Virus record (IMG/VR): IMGVR_UViG_2724678985_000019
Source: a virus
Lineage: Duplodnaviria; Heunggongvirae; Uroviricota; Caudoviricetes
Direction: 5' to 3' (one strand)
DNA length: 7,168 nt
Shown here: piece after piece, positions 6,285 through 7,168 of the stretch
How positions within the stretch are numbered: position 1 is the first letter of the stretch
Layout of the letters: every line of letters begins with the position of its first letter
Made by a program: the position numbers and the translations under genes
Notes under the pieces: model-generated
Database searches by the model: none
Seen by the model: the letters and a program-made list of their open reading frames with translations, nothing else
Told to the model about the DNA's origin: nothing

Positions 6285-6467
6285 TGTTTTGCTGTGGCAG
6301 TGATATCAGAAAAATCTTCCTGTTTCACATAAAGCGGATATGCGCGTACTGTAACGGCCCCATCAACGGGGATCGGATTTGAAATCCCGACCCAAGCTAT
6401 GTACCAAATGCCATGTCTTGGATATATGATGATTGCCATTCTAAACAAAGCTAAAGGGAGGGTTGGT

Positions 6468-6818
6468 GTGAATGCTCAGGCTGTCATCATGGTTTTCCTT
6501 GGTCTGATTGTCGCAAAACTATATCCAGACTGGTGGAAAGGGGCATTAGCAACTGTCGCCATCTATTTGCTTTTATCCGTCGTTAAGCGATCGTTCGTTA
6601 AGACCGTAAATCAAGCAAAACGTTTCTCATTTAAGAATTTAATAAACTATATTACTGGGCTTATTTTTTGCCTTTCAATTTTGATCGCCTCAGCTTTTTT
6701 GCCCGTATCAATAGCTAATTTTTTTGGCGCACCATATGAGGTAGGTTATCTATTCTCTGTTTTTTGTCTTGTTCTTTCCCTTCTTTACCTATGGATGAGA
6801 GCAAAGAACAAAAATTAG
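6468..6818 (+). CDS. Small integral membrane protein (~4 predicted transmembrane helices), unknown function
   Basis: The longest ORF starts at 6399, but a GTG at 6468 has a strong AAGGGAGG Shine-Dalgarno 6 nt upstream and sits just before the first hydrophobic helix (AVIMVFLGLIVAKL); in-frame ATGs at 6399, 6408, 6426 and 6429 lack a Shine-Dalgarno. Four hydrophobic segments ~15-20 aa each. Visibly AT-rich. Start is uncertain; the stop at 6816-6818 is firm. Confidence 0.6.
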   Translation: MNAQAVIMVFLGLIVAKLYPDWWKGALATVAIYLLLSVVKRSFVKTVNQAKRFSFKNLINYITGLIFCLSILIASAFLPVSIANFFGAPYEVGYLFSVFCLVLSLLYLWMRAKNKN

Positions 6819-7020
6819 CCATCCATGACGTTTTTATGTTAGTACCAACAGATTTACCACATTTATCATCTTAACAGTTTGAGTGAAAATGCAGGCTGCG
6901 CCGCAAAGGGAGGAGACTGAGTGGCGTGTTCAGTCTAAAAGAGGGTTGATGCCAGCATACAGGGGCGAAGCTGGTCAACAAGTCAACATTAAGATAATGG
7001 AATATTCGGAGAGAAACGTC

Positions 7021-7168
7021 TGAACCGCCCCGGAAAACCTGGAGACTAAACTCCCTGAGAAAGAGGTAAACAGGATGACTAAAAATACTCGTTTTTCCCC
7101 CGAAGTCCGTCAGCGGGCGATTCGTACGGTTCTGGAAAGACAGGATGAATATGACTCACAGTGGGCGG
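7021..7168 (+). mobile_element. IS3-family insertion sequence, left (IRL) end, partial; element continues rightward out of window
   Basis: Begins TGAACCGCCCCGGAAAACCTGGAG; inverted copy of 1-94; contains the OrfA start. Confidence 0.85.
7075..7168 (+). CDS. IS3-family transposase OrfA, N-terminal fragment (truncated by window edge)
   Basis: Translation MTKNTRFSPEVRQRAIRTVLERQDEYDSQWA; AGG Shine-Dalgarno-like sequence in GGTAAACAGG upstream; matches my recollection of IS629/IS1203-group OrfA. Confidence 0.8.
   Translation, partial: MTKNTRFSPEVRQRAIRTVLERQDEYDSQWA

Noticed and set aside
1-7168. CRISPR array, tRNA, tmRNA or rRNA
   Set aside because: No regularly spaced 25-40 bp direct repeats with unique spacers and no tRNA-like cloverleaf or rRNA-like sequence were seen. 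The GGATTTGAAATCC element near 6375 superficially resembles a T-arm but lacks the rest of a tRNA.

Overview
Mosaic accessory segment, most consistent with an Enterobacteriaceae (E. coli/Shigella-like) genomic island; this host guess is inference. A ~6.9 kb interior (95-7020) is bracketed by inverted partial copies of an IS3-family element whose OrfA N-terminus (MTKNTRFSPEVRQ...) is readable at both edges. The interior holds: (1) a tail-to-tail overlapping C5-cytosine methyltransferase / HNH nuclease pair (R-M-like, AT-rich); (2) a convergent, overlapping pair made of a 119-aa unrecognised protein and a PRiA4_ORF3-family protein, which I rank as the best candidate for an undescribed module; (3) a P4-satellite-like regulatory cluster (Icd-like, PerC-like, Icd-like on the minus strand, AlpA divergent on plus) with a phased iteron array; (4) a ~1 kb ORF-poor stretch rich in repeats and palindromes; (5) an AT-rich small multi-pass membrane protein gene abutting the right IS copy. 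No rRNA, tRNA or CRISPR array was seen. All family assignments come from reading motifs in the supplied translations; no database search, HMM or folding was run, and GC statements are by eye, not counted.
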